From: Lama guanicoe
Taxonomy: Eukaryota
NCBI GenBank assembly: GCA_013239625.1
Contig: MU053934.1
Span: forward strand, 8,081,352 to 8,145,351
Length of the DNA stretch: 64,000 nucleotides
Direction: 5' to 3'
The translations under genes and the position numbers were made by a program. Shown here in pieces: positions 63,730 through 64,000 of this stretch (its first letter is position 1; each line of letters starts with the position of its first letter). The notes below the pieces were generated by a model. The model saw nothing but the letters and a program-made list of their open reading frames with translations. It searched no databases and was not told the origin of the DNA.

Positions 63730-64000
63730 CGGCGGGGAGCAGCAGAGACCACGGCGGGGACAGTCCCGAGTGTTGCGTCTCCCAGGCAGGGCTCCGGCCT
63801 CCCCTCCTGGCCCCTGGCTGTGCCCTGCCCCCACCCCCCTGGTTTTGGTGGCTGCTCTTTACCTCCTTTCTGTGTAATTCCGCAGCGGGCGGGACCCTTT
63901 GAAATGCAGGTTGTAAACACCAGTGCTCGTGTCTGTGGCCTCGCTTCAGCTGGATGCCACGGGGGTGCTGAGTCCCTCTTGTCCACCTTGATCAAAGATG
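63730..64000 (+). other. PARVB: Start of PARVB 3' UTR (continues beyond window)
   Basis: Directly follows the stop codon; no AATAAA seen before the window end. Confidence 0.85.

Noticed and set aside
1..64000. Hundreds of 60-270 aa ORFs in the six-frame track (e.g. 60048-60869, 1461-2171, 36710-37411)
   Set aside because: They are Pro/Gly/Arg/Ala-rich frames expected in GC-rich intron, many with non-ATG starts and no recognisable domain. Some are antisense shadows or read-throughs of PARVB exons.
1..64000. CRISPR array, prokaryotic operon or novel multi-gene system
   Set aside because: There is no repeat-spacer periodicity or dense gene packing. The window is explained by one spliced vertebrate gene plus interspersed repeats.

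Overview
This is mammalian genomic DNA, GC-rich and most likely from a camelid, based on five tRNA-Ala-derived Vic-1-like SINEs. It holds the beta-parvin gene PARVB on the + strand. Coding exons 2-13 (20474-63729, 983 coding nt, all GT-AG introns with consistent phases) splice into one intact frame: ..VSDLQEEGKNAIN..CH1..CH2..FTKYKNLE*. Canonical exon 1 is not visible; the first ~20 kb appears to be the distal part of intron 1, with a 203-N gap. The rest is intron containing L1, L2, MLT1/MaLR, MER hAT elements and SINEs. The supplied ORFs are almost all spurious GC-rich frames. I found no prokaryote-type system (CRISPR, operon, etc.). The best leads are unverified isoform and regulatory hypotheses: a CpG-rich element in intron 8 that could give a CH2-only beta-parvin or a 16-aa cassette, two phase-compatible candidate alternative first exons in intron 1, a donor site rebuilt at the exon 1/2 junction, and a strong CTCF motif. 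Repeat family names and human-protein comparisons are from recall, not database searches.
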